Positions 36,672 through 48,573 of a stretch of 64,000 nt of DNA are shown one piece after another. The notes below the pieces were generated by a model. That model searched no databases and had not been told where the DNA came from. It saw only the letters and a program-made list of their open reading frames with translations. The stretch's first letter is position 1, and every line of letters starts with the position of its first letter. A program made the translations under genes and the position numbers. Location: assembly GCF_001194135.2 (NCBI RefSeq), contig NC_068999.1, forward strand, positions 48,717,653 through 48,781,652, in the 5' to 3' direction. The stretch comes from Octopus bimaculoides. Taxonomy: Eukaryota.

Positions 36672-39600
36672 TTACCTTGCAAATGTAATAATGAAGAGAA
36701 GTCCAAATATAAATTCTGCACCAATAAATGTTATTTCAATTGCTGTCAAAATAACTTCCAGCTGCAGGACATAGGACTGCCAGAAAGTGAGATAAAGTGT
36801 TACACTCAATGAAGGTAGACTCAAGAAGATGCTCATTGCTACGCCATTGATGCGTTCAGTAAGGTTACCCTTTTTACCTACAATGAAACATGTTAAAACA
36901 AACTAGTCACATGCAGGTAGACACAAAGAAAGTGTTGAGAAGACAATACTGGTGAAAGACTAACACACAAAGTATGACTTCATAGTTTATATGTAAGTCA
37001 GTTGTTCCCAAACTTTTTCAGGCTAGTGCCCCCTTGGCCCCAGGGTCATATTCCTAGCGCCCCCACAAACCACTTTCTGCAACAAATACAAAACAAATGT
37101 ATTTCACAAATAAAAAGCTTTACCTAATTGACCTATTTTTTAGTGAGGGTTTACATCCAACTTCAACCCTACACATAGGTGACCATAGGGTGACGGTCAT
37201 TTTTGTGTCTTGCTGGACCTTCAATCATCGATGGCAGCAGAGGATTCTCTCATTGTTTCGATGAAAGAGAGTCCAGCAAGACACAGAGCCTCGATAGTAA
37301 AGTAAAAGTTACATTCTAGAGTCATGCCGACTCACAAGGGCCGTTTTCCCAGTTTCATGGCATATATATTCTCCACCTGAACGGGATGCCAGTTTGTCAC
37401 AGGATTACTCATTTTTGCTGGCTGAGTGGACTGGAGCAATGTGAAATCAAGTGTTTTGCTCAAGAACACAAAGCGTTGCCTGGTCCAGGAATTGAAATCA
37501 CAATCTTATGATCATGAGTCCAACACCCTAACCACCACAATGATTCATAGATGATTATTTATGGTGCTTATTTTTCAACTTGCCCGGCTGAGCTATTGAA
37601 AATTAAAGGTCAACCATACAACTAATTTCAAGCTGTTATGTCAACATTTTAGGGTCTTGGATTACTGAGGCTTTCAACAATTTACTTAAATGGTTTACAA
37701 GATGAAGCCATTCCAGCTTTGATTTCAGAGATTCAGGCACAAATTAAGCACGAGAAAATATTTCTTAGACCTTACCAAAGAAAATCCGGAATTGCTCAAT
37801 GATCAACAAGATGAAGAGCAGCAGCACTTCAAGACTCAAAACTCCTGGAGCATAGGGTAGCGTTTCACCTGTATTATAAAGAAATATATATGTATATGCT
37901 TGCATGACTTTAATGAGCAGCACCAAACAGAAAGATAAGAGATAATACAAATATGCATATATATACATATATATATATATAAATTATTATGTATACATAC
38001 AGGGTGCGAGGTGAATTAAAATGATTTAAATATATATGAGGATATTATTGTTTATAATAATATCAGTGGTTTAGCATGCATAAAAAAAACCTGTAACGCT
38101 ATGAATTATCAATTAATAATTAAGGGTACTAATTAATTAATAATTAAGGGTATCGGCATGCTTAGTTCAATACACCTTCAAAGTATTTAANNNNNNNNNN
38201 ATATATACATATATATATTTCATCTTTGAACTTCTCTGCATTAAGATCTGAAATGCAAGATCTTCTTTACCCTGATGATGGAGGCTCATCTTATCCAATG
38301 TTGATTGCATCCATCATAGCCACATATTGTGATGAACCACATCTACCAAGAAATTGCTGGCTTTGTGCTAAAATTTGAAATTAATTTTTTCTTTGTGCTC
38401 TAATTCTCCAGAAGATTTAACACCATGGCACTAAATTAGTAGGAAAGTATAATTTCACAATTCTTAGCAAAATTTTATGGAAGTAATTCTACTCACCTTT
38501 GAATATAAAGATAAATATTTCAAGAATAAAAAATAATCCAAAGTACCACTGGTTAAGAAAGAGTAGAATCTGGTAAGACAACGATGATCTCTGGTGATGT
38601 AATCAAGAAGAATAACGATAGGGTTTCATGAATATAAAAGTAGTAATTATTTTGTAATTATCATTAAAACCTTTATACCCTCAAGTTTTGCTTTGTACTT
38701 TTAGTTTCCATGAGATATCTTATAACGAGGGCTTGAAGAGTTATCTATACTTAATTCCTTAGAATAAGACAAGACAGTGCTTTGTAGGAAAGCAAGATAT
38801 CCTCTTTCTCCTCCTCATCATTGTTTTAATGCCCACTTTTCCTTGCCTGCATGGGTCAAACGGAATTCATGGAGGCAGGTTTTGTACAGCTTGGCATACT
38901 TTCTTTCACCAACCCTCACCTGTTTCTGAATAGGGTAATATTTCCCCAAGTCTATACATATGGAAACAAAAGACATCACTTTTACAATGGTGATGCAATT
39001 CTGTGCCCTTAATCACATTACGTAGCCCTTTTACTCTTCAACTTCGATGAAATTAGTACTGATTCAGTTTGATCGACCATGTTTGTCATCTGAACGGACA
39101 AAAATTACAAGGGAATTTCAAGACAAGGAGACATGAACGCAAGCATGCATACATACATGTGTATATATTTTGGAGTTTCAACATAAATTGTCATATCTGT
39201 GGTGGAACACTGATGAGGTGAATGCATGGTTGCTTAATGTTTCTACTAGTTATGTAATTATTTCAGTATTTTAATGAAACATGTGTATGTCCTATAAAAC
39301 CTTGAATACTACACCTGTTTTCTGCTTACTATTTTAAATATACAACATAAAGGAATAAAACTATTAAACACAGAGCTGTTCAATTTGCTTCAAAAACCAT
39401 TAGTGGTAACACCTTAAATAACACTGCATACATACATATACTCTGGATGATCTTATAATGCAACTGGATGCCACATATTAAGATATCAATACAGTAGAAA
39501 CACATGACAGAAATCAGTTTCATAATTAAAAACAAGGAGAAAGTTCCAAGGAATGAGATTCAAATTTGAAAAGGATACAATAGTAGTGCTACAGCCTAAA

Positions 39601-40897
39601 AAATAAAAGAGAAAAAAATTAAAATCTTTTGTTAAAAACATTAATGGAATTCTGGTTTATGCACCCCATATAACCCCTCATAACTTTTTTTATTTTTTGG
39701 AATTTTTACAGTATTTCTTAGGTTGGAGGCAGAAGCGTAGTTGGAGAGGGTGTGCCATGGAATGGGAGCAGTCAGCTCTGGGCAATGCGTAGTTGGAGAG
39801 GGTGTGCCATGGAATGGGAGCAGTCAGCTCTGGGCAACGCTATTATGTGGGTCAACACCTTTGGGTTTGCTGTATAAGCCTGTATAGGAGACAAAACAGT
39901 ACAGGGGTGGGGGACAGATTCAAGGGCTGCCCCAGGTAGCACACGTTCTAGCTATGCTACTGGTTGGAGGACCATTATTCAATCACAGGTTTACTCAAAA
40001 ACATTGTTTGTTTGTGGTTAAACACAGACGACCGAGTCTACTTAGACAAATCTTACTGGGATTAAGACTTTTGGTTACATGTTGAACTCAAAACTATAAT
40101 TGGCCAAGTTTATTACGAAGTCAATTTGCAATATAAAATTATATTATCCTGTGACTCTAGCAAAGACATTTAACTCTCAGAGAAGTTGTTTACTTAGAAA
40201 TGATGCTGGGGATAGTCGCTGTCAAATATTTTATTAAACTCCATCCGACAGGCTTCCACACAGGTTCAATCAACCCCATTTCAGTCACAAGGATTGGGGG
40301 TTGACTAGAGGATGCAATAAAAAAAAAATACTTGCTTGAGATGCCCCACAGTGAGATTGAACCTGTGATTGCGAAGTGAATCGAGCCTTGTCATGGACAG
40401 TATCACATCGATTACATCTGAGAACTAATGAGGATACATGTGTTTGTGGAATATTCAGCCACTTATATACTAATTCAATGAGTAAGTTGTTCAGTTGATT
40501 GAACAACTGAAAATCCCTCATCGAAACTGACGGAGATCCGTTGCAAAATTGCAGCCATAGCATCACATCCCTCATCCCAAAGTGTAAAAACAAACTTTTT
40601 TGTTTTTGTTCTGGAAGAGAATGATATAAGCTATCCTCTACCCTAATATATCACTGGTACTTACTCAATCCGTTTACTGTCACAATGTTATGTATTATAC
40701 CGATAATTCTCGTACTGCTTCATGCCGCAGTGGTATCTAAGAGGAAAAAAATCGGGTGAATGCACACTTATGTAGGTAAGCCAAAATTAGAACTATTTGA
40801 GAAAGAAAACGTATTAATGTATCAAATGCATAAATATACCCTGATGAGGAGCTGGGCTCATCGCTATCACTGGATGTTGCGGACTGTCAAGCGCCAT
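36672..40897 (-). CDS. TMEM216: TMEM216-family (TMEM17/80/216) ciliary transition-zone membrane protein, ~154 aa. Exons 40897-40840, [39328-39315 micro-exon, tentative], 38590-38497, 37868-37776, 36877-36672
   Basis: Joined translation ...RSSLSYQILLFLNQWYFGLFFILEIFIFIFKGETLPYAPGVLSLEVLLLFILLIIEQFRIFFGKKGNLTE...FWQSYVLQLEVIL...ITFAR* matches family motifs (LxxLNxWY, KG..LPYP, RLFFGxKGNL, QxYVLxLE). Last three exons are firm; the 5' exons are less certain; could be called TMEM80-like. Confidence 0.85.
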
Positions 40898-40914
40898 TTT
40901 CTATTGTATCTGAT

Positions 40915-40927
40915 GTTGCCATAACAG
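40915..40927. promoter_or_regulatory. RFX/X-box-like site GTTGCCATAACAG just upstream of the proposed TMEM216 ATG
   Basis: Perfect GTTGCC half-site with imperfect partner, 18 nt from the proposed start; ciliary genes are commonly RFX targets. Confidence 0.35.
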
Positions 40928-42397
40928 ACGGCTTCAAATAATAGATCTGCACTTAAACTAATTTCCGGTTATAAAAAAAATTAGCAAAAGAGGTTTTTCT
41001 TTCGGAAAAGCTTATTTGGAATTATTCTATCGATTTCAATTGGAAAAAAAAACTTATTATTTTATAAGTATGTAAATATAATTTTTAACTGATAAAAAAT
41101 ATCTATATTGTTTGTTCTCTTTCTTTTACCTCATTTTACGAAGAGATAGTTGCCACATCATCATTATATTCTTTAATGCATTCACTGACTTAATAAACAT
41201 TTTATTGAGGTTTTGCTTTAAAGTAATTTATTTTGTTGTTATATATCCTTAGGTACAACCCTGATAGAGTAGATCTACGATCAAAAGCATTCCAAATATG
41301 ACCACCCCCGTGTTTTTATAGGGTCTAGGACCACCCACTTTATTCAACCTGATCCTAGAAGACGATGTGCAATTTGGAGAAGATTTTGTTGCTATTTCTA
41401 GCTGGTTAAGCAACTAGGTAGAAATTAACATCGTAATTTCAATCCGTTCGGACGACAAACGTGGCCGATCAAACCAAATGAATAATAATTTTGTCGAAGT
41501 TGAAGAGTGAAAGGGCTACGCAACGTGATTAGGGCATAGAATTAACTATCGTTGGCTTTGGGTTTTTATTCGGCAGCATCGTTTAAAAAGGGTTGGAAAC
41601 ATTTTAGACTATTTTCGAAATAAATGCTACTAATTCCATACTTAATTCTAATTTTGTTTAATTTCATATCTACTTTTTAAAGTAGTATTTTTGACATTAA
41701 GGATATTTTTTTACGTAGGTACAAGATAGATTCACAGATGAATTGAACTGAAATTATGTAACGGTCAAAGCTTCCTTGGGTCGTCTAACACTGAGAATCA
41801 AACCTGTACCAATGATCATGCAGTTGCACGATCTGTTAGAAATAGCATTCAAATTTTTCTCTAATTACGCCTCACTGCATTGGACATTATAGTTTTATTT
41901 CGTAAAAAAAAAAAAGAGAAAAAAAACAGGTTGATCAGTTAGAACGCTTTTGATTACAGTTCTGCTGGATTAGGGCTGCCCTTGGGCTAAATAAACAACA
42001 CTACAACACACCGAAGTTTCCTTCTTTTTTAGAACTTTTTTGTTTTGTTTCTTATCTTGAATTTATTCTGGATGGAAAATAAGATAATCTGACAGACACA
42101 TTTTTTTTCTCAGGGTCATTAATAATATTAGTGAAGGTGAATGGCTTCAGTAGAAAAAAAACGCATTATTTATGGAATGACCCAATATGTATGTATATAT
42201 ATATATATATATATNNNNNNNNNNNNNNNNNNNNNNNNNNNNNNNNNNNNNNNNNNNNNNNNNNNNNNNNNNNNNNNNNNNNNNNNNNNNNNNNNNNNNN
42301 NNNNNNNNNNNNNNNNNNNNNNNNNNNNNNNNNNNNNNNNNNNNNNNNNNNNNNNNNNNNNNNNNNNNNNNNNNNNNNNNNNNNNNNNNNNNNNNNN

Positions 42398-42960
42398 GCA
42401 TGGCACCTTAGGTAAGTGTCTCTTCTATAGCCTTGGGCCGACCAAAGCCTTGAGAGTGGATTTGGTAGACAGAAACTGAAAGAAGCCCATCATGTATGAC
42501 GTGCATGTGTGTGTGTGTGTGTGTGTATTTTTGTGTGTCTGTGTTTGCGTCCCCCTCCCCCAACATCGCTTGACAACCAATGCTGATGTGTTTACGTCCC
42601 CGTAACTTAGTAGTTCAGCAAAAGAGACCGATAGAATAAGTACTAGGCTTACAAAGAATAAATCCTGGGGTTGATTTGCTCGACTAAAAGGTGGTGCTGC
42701 AGCATGGCCACTACCAAATGACTGAAACAAATAAAAGAATATGTCTATATGTATGTGCGTTTGTTCACCTCCCACTTGAAAACAGGTGTTGGTTTCTTTG
42801 TGTCCCCATAACTTAGCAGTTTGGAAAAAGAGACTGATAGAATAAGTACCAAACTTAAAAAATAAGTACTGGGGTTGACTTGTTTGACTAAAAATTCTGC
42901 AAGGTTGTGCTCCAGCATGACCACATTCCACTGGCTGAAACAAGAGGTAAAAGAAGAACA
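42398..42960 (+). mobile_element. Two tandem SINE copies of the abundant family
   Basis: Repeated ttggtagacagaaactgaaagaagcc...cttgacaacc...gaataagtac...cagcatg(g/a)cca...gactgaaacaa blocks. Confidence 0.75.
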
Positions 42961-43803
42961 ATTGATTGACAGCTGTCCTAAAAATTGTCATTAAAGTATA
43001 ACCTTTCACTGTAGCATGATGTTGCTGCCTCAGTATTATTGAATGCCATCTGTAGGAAACACTATCGTGGGATAAATAACTGAAATATTTGAGATGCTGA
43101 ATAAATTTTTAACATTTTGACATGGTGGAACAGTTTTATGGAAACTTCTGTCAAATACAAACTTAACAGCTGAGTGTGGGATTAAAAAAACAAAAACAAA
43201 AAGCAAAAATGTCTGGAAAGAAAAAAACAGAATATGGTGCTTAAGAGCAGTCTAGACAACTTTTTAGTGTTCTACAGTATCGTTTAAAAAGCATCTGTTA
43301 AATGGCTGTGGAAGCAAGAAAAAGATGCAAAGATAAAGAAAAAGAAAATTCTAAAAAAAAAGAAAGAAAAGAGAGAGAGAGAGAGAGAAGAGACATCAAC
43401 CACATACAGAGGTCAGCTGCTCTGCAGATGTGAAAATATTTCATAATCAGGAAAAAAAGAGAATATTTATAGACATGAACACGGGTGTGGTTAAGAAGCA
43501 CATTTTTGCAACCATGTAGTTAGTCTTGGGATCAGTTCCACCGCATGGCATCTTGCTTGAGCAAGTATCTTCTTCTATAGCTTCAGGCTGACAAAGGCTT
43601 GTACATAAATTTGGTAGACAGAAACTGTGTGAAAGCTGAAGTAGTTGTATGCTGTCAGCATAATGTGACAGTCACATGAAGGGAATAATACTACTGTTGG
43701 TTAGACCTAGGAAGCTGCACCGCTTCCTGTCGGCTCTGACACATTTCCTGTGTCCTTATGTTTACAAGGGGGAGACAAGCACCTCCACTTAGCTAAGCCT
43801 GCA

Positions 43804-43846
43804 TCCAGAGACATGTTTCTGAGTCTTTGCTTGTCACCAGTCTGGA
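43804..43846 (-). ncRNA. Hammerhead motif, degenerate copy (CUGGUGA core, one stem II mismatch)
   Basis: TCCAGA-CTGGTGA-C-AAG(caaaga)CTC-A-GAAA-CAT-GTC-TCTGGA. Confidence 0.55.
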
Positions 43847-44152
43847 GTAGCATGACCTGCTAGTCGAAGATACCTGTCAAGCTCTTGTAAACATAATAAT
43901 TCTAGTGAAATACATTCACTGATTTCAAATTTAGAAATAATACATTTCTAAATCTCTCAGAGGGATTTATGCAGTAGCGATACGTTGAAGTAGTTGTATG
44001 CTGTCAACTTAATGTGACAGTCCCATGAAGGGAATAATACTACTGTTGCTTAGACCTAGGAAGCTGCACCGCTTCTTGTCGACTTTGGCACATTTCCTGT
44101 GTCCTTATGTTTACAAGGGGGAGACAAGCACCTCCACCCAGCTAAGCCTGCA

Positions 44153-44195
44153 TCCAGAGACATGTTTCTGAGTCTTTGCTCGTCATCAGTCTGGA
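44153..44195 (-). ncRNA. Minimal type I hammerhead ribozyme with GUC cleavage site
   Basis: Stem I TCCAGA/TCTGGA; CTGATGA; stem II GAG/CTC closed by a C.A mismatch; GAAA; palindromic stem III ACATGT; GTC at 44161-44159. Confidence 0.75.
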
Positions 44196-44853
44196 ATAGC
44201 ATGACTGGTGAAAGTTGTTGCGATTCTGATTTCCAGATCAGGCAGTGTATTGCATTCCTGAGCAAAACATTTAATTTCATGTTGCTCTGTGATCACTTCA
44301 ACATCTGATGCATTGCAACACTGTACGTGTAATGTCAGTGTGATGTAAGGAGTGAGCTTTTGTACAGCACAAGCATCTTATCATTATAACCAAATCATGT
44401 ATGCAAGTTGTTCAGTAGAAAATTGCGAAGCCCTCATGTATCATTTATGACAGGAGAGGCCATCATATACAATATATATCATTGTTGTCATCATCATCAC
44501 TATCATCATGATCATCATTATCATTTAATGTCCGTTTTCATTGCTGGCATAAGTTGGATGACTTCCCAGGAACGGGAAGCTGTATTTTATTTTTATTCAG
44601 ATGTCCTGCGGTGATGGAAAGGCGGCAAAGCATACAGACCTGACAGGTTGGAAGCATGTAGTTAGCGACCTGCACATAGTCATTTCCTTGTCGCCCAAGA
44701 CAGCGATAGGATTCGGTTGCTGCATGGGTGTCTGAACAGCTCCAATAGTGGTTGATATATATATATATATATATCTATATATATATATATATATACATAC
44801 ATAAAACCATTACTAAGGGAACCTATTATCAATGTGTAAAAATGAGGTAAGAT

Positions 44854-45275
44854 GGCCTATAGTAGAAGATACTTGCCCAAGGTACCACACAGAGGAACTG
44901 AACTCGGGACCATGTGGTTGGTAAGAAGCTTGCTTCCCAACCACATGGTCCCGAGTTCAGTCCCTCTTTGTGGTACCTTGGGCAAGTATCTTCTACTATA
45001 GGCCACCCAAAACCTTGTGAATGGGTTTGGTAGACAGAAACTCAAAGAAGCCCACCAAGTGTGTGTGCGCGCGCGCACGCGTGTATGTTTGTGTCTGTCT
45101 TTGTCCCTCCCTCACCACTTGACAACTAGTGTAACTTAGTGGTTCGACAAAAGAACCAATATAATAAGTATTACGCTTAAAAATAAAGAAAATAAGTACA
45201 ATTTGTTCAATTAAAATCCTTCAAGGCAGTGCCCCAGCATGGCCGCAGTCTAATGACTGAAACAAGTAAAAGATA
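44854..45275 (+). mobile_element. SINE whose 5' part is duplicated as a 68-bp inverted repeat
   Basis: Arms 44854-44921 and 44937-45004 with 2 mismatches; normal SINE body follows. Confidence 0.85.
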
Positions 45276-45869
45276 AAATCTAAAGACAAACTTTTCTTCA
45301 GGGAATACTTACCAAAAAGAGAGTAATAGTGGCCCAAGCTATAAGTACTGCAGTATAGTCCCAGTTCAAACACTATGGAGTAGGATTGTATCCAAAGACA
45401 TTCCGACCATGACTATCTCACCTTGTTTTCAGGCACAGGGAATATAGCACAATAATCCTGCTCAAGGTGCCATGCAGCAGGATCGAACCCAGGACAATAT
45501 AGTTGGGAGCCAAACTTCTTTCCTCACAGCCACATAGGCACCTATACACACACACACACACACACACACACGATGGTGTAAAGTGGGCTACCAGCAAGTA
45601 TTGCAGGGAGAGCATATTTATTTATCATTATTTTTGGTTTTGAAATTTTGCGCCTACGGTAACTGCCCTTGTGGCCCCGCCCACATTATTCCCCAGCATA
45701 CACACATATATATGTATCATGATAAGAATGAAAAAAAATATATAGTCCTGTTGTCACAATGAACCTAAACAAGTGAACAAGTATTTCTTTTAAATGCTGA
45801 CGATTATTTTAAGAAGAAAACATAATTATTAAAACAAATAATAATGCCAGCGACAACAGCAAAAATTAT

Positions 45870-46080
45870 TATATAATGTGGCGAGCTGGCAGAATCGTTA
45901 GCAGGTTGAACGAAATACTTAGCGGTATTTCGTCCGTCTTCTTGTTCTGAGTTCAAATTCCGCCACCCTTTCGGGGTCGATGAAATAAGTACTTGTTGAA
46001 TACTGGAGTCGATGCAATCGACTAGTCCCTTCCCCAAAAATTTCAGGTCTTGTGCTTTTAGTAGAAAGGATTATTATTAT
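45870..46080 (+). mobile_element. tRNA-derived SINE (second family) with (ATT)n tail
   Basis: gtggcgagctggcagaatcgttagc...ctgagttcaaattccgcc...agaaaggattattatt. Confidence 0.7.
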
Positions 46081-46117
46081 TACTAAGTATCCGAATTAAT
46101 AACGAACTATGTCGAGC

Positions 46118-46482
46118 AGTGTTTCTCAACCGGGGTTCATATGACCCCTAGGGGATCCATATAAGATTTTTGGGGGTCCACGTAAAGAAAATAGTAAATT
46201 GGGTACACACGGTGGTATGTTAAGGAGTGTGGATCTATATAATAACCGTTAAGGATCTATGAAAAAAATTTGATTTAGATGTATTTATTGGGTAAACAGC
46301 TAAGTATCTTTCTCTAACGTTTTACATAGTTCAACCTACACAAGTTAAATGTTTGAAAAACAAAATAGGTATTTCGAAAGAAGTATCTATAAAACTAATT
46401 TTAAAATATTGAGAGGGGTTCATCAGAGTAAAATTTTAAAAATCATAGAGGTCCGTAGGTGAAAAAATGGTTGAGAAGCATA
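46118..46482. mobile_element. hAT-like MITE immediately upstream of SND1
   Basis: Termini cagtgtttctcaacc ... ggttgagaagca, an imperfect TIR of Charlie/MER type. Confidence 0.55.
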
Positions 46483-46576
46483 GGTTGTAGCGAGTAAACT
46501 GTTATTGAGGTGGTTCGGGGCAAGTCGCGGCAGTTGAATATGATATTCTAGTTAAGACCCGAAACGAAGTGTGTAG

Positions 46577-46586
46577 GTCACGTGAT
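46577..46586. promoter_or_regulatory. E-box GTCACGTGAT (USF/MiT-TFE CLEAR-like) in the CpG-retaining SND1 promoter
   Basis: Seen ~45 nt upstream of the ATG at 46631. Confidence 0.35.
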
Positions 46587-46630
46587 CGGCTGTCTCTTTT
46601 TCGACCATCGCTGAACGTCGCCTTGCAAGC

Positions 46631-48420
46631 ATGACTTCCCAACCTCCAGTCTTTCATTCCGGAATTGTGAAACAGGTAGGCTTCCTAAATCCGAAAAAAG
46701 ACCCCTATATTTTGGATAACTAAACCAATAAGGATCCCCATATATCCTCAAGCTGTTTCTCTGCTCTTTTGGAACAAAATACAAAGAATGTTTTAGACAG
46801 AGATTCTATGGGGCGGAGAAGAACCTACACATATGTTCTAATTTTCTCCATCGTTTCTCTCAGGATTTAATCCCTTTTTTCTTTTTGTTACTTAATAACT
46901 TGCTCTGGTATTTTATTATTACTATTATTTCTATAAGACCTTTGTAATTTTACTTACTGAAACTCCAAAACTATCTGTGGTTGAAGTAACAGAAAAAAAA
47001 AATTCATTCCTCAGATTTGATTTATTACTTTTTCTCCTTCTATATCTGATCTGGACCTTGAAAAAAATATACTCTTACGAAATAATAATCAGGGCTGGAA
47101 GCGAAAAAGCCCTTTAGTTTATGTGCATTCTTTTTATTTATTTCGTCACCTTTTATTCCCTGAATAAACAGATGTTTAGGTCGCTTTCTTTTGGAATAAT
47201 GTATATATATTTGATAATCTTTCTCCTCCAGCGTGTGCGCACCTGTATATGCGATTTATTTATTAGTCTTACTAATACTATTATCAGCAATAAGTATTTA
47301 TTATTATTTCACTAGATCAAATAAACAGGCATTAACTACTAAAACGAAAAACACACTCCTCCAACAGTCGCTGGCTACTAAATTCTGTTTGTTAAATATG
47401 TTTGGTCTGTCCAATATGACTAACGCCTTTAGTTGAACGGATTCATAACTGGAACTTTTCACATTAGTTTATACATCAATAAATGTAGTGATACGCACAT
47501 ATGTTCATATATATGTATGTATGTATATGTGTATATATGTATATATATATATGTATATAAGTATGTATATGTATATAAGTATGTATATGTATATAAGTAT
47601 GTATATGTATATAAGTATATATATGTATATAAGTATATATATGTGTGTGTGTGTGTATATATATATGTATGTGTGTATATATATATGTATGTGTGTATAT
47701 ATATATGTATGTGTGTATATATATATGTATGTGTGTATATATGTGTATATATATGTGTGTATATATATATGTGTATATATATATGTGTATGTGTATATAT
47801 ATATGTATATATATATATGTGTATGTGTATATATATATANNNNNNNNNNNNNNNNNNNNNNNNNNNNNNNNNNNNNNNNNNNNNNNNNNNNNNNNNNNNN
47901 NNNNNNNNNNNNNNNNNNNNNNNNNNNNNNNNNNNNNNNNNNNNNNNNNNNNNNNNNNNNNNNNNNNNNNNNNNNNNNNNNNNNNNNNNNNNNNNNNNNN
48001 NNNNNNNNNNNNNNNNNNNNNNNNNNNNNNNNNNNNNNNNNNNNNNNNNNNNNNNNNNNNNNNNNNNNNNNNNNNNNNNNNNNNNNNNNNNNNNNNNNNN
48101 NNNNNNNNNNNNNNNNNNNNNNNNNNNNNNNNNNNNNNNNNNNNNNNNNNNNNNNNNNNNNNNNNNNNNNNNNNNNNNNNNNNNNNNNNNNNNNNNNNNN
48201 NNNNNNNNNNNNNNNNNNNNNNNNNNNNNNNNNNNNNNNNNNNNNNNNNNNNNNNNNNNNNNNNNNNNNNNNNNNNNNNNNNNNNNNNNNNNNNNNNNNN
48301 NNNNNNNNNNNNNNNNNNNNNNNNNNNNNNNNNNNNNNNNNNNNNNNNNNNNNNNNNNNNNNNNNNNNNNNNNNNNNNNNNNNNNNNNNNNNNNNATATG
48401 TATGTGTATATATGTATGTG

Positions 48421-48451
<31 letters not shown>

Positions 48452-48542
48452 GTATGTGTATATATATATATGTATATATATATGTATGTGTATATATATA
48501 TATGTATGTGTATATATATATATGTATATATATATGTATGTG

Positions 48543-48573
<31 letters not shown>

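Larger units (their letters stand above)
43637..44205 (-). mobile_element. Retrozyme-like / Penelope pseudo-LTR-like tandem repeat, 349-bp period (1.6 units), with a hammerhead motif in each unit
   Basis: 220-bp direct repeats 43637-43856 and 43986-44205 separated by 129 bp; hammerheads at 43804-43846 and 44153-44195 on - strand; many internal hairpins. Confidence 0.75.

Noticed and set aside
38590-38630. In-frame ATG upstream of the TMEM216 38590 exon as an alternative start
   Set aside because: A TGA interrupts the frame eight codons later (MKPYRYSS*).
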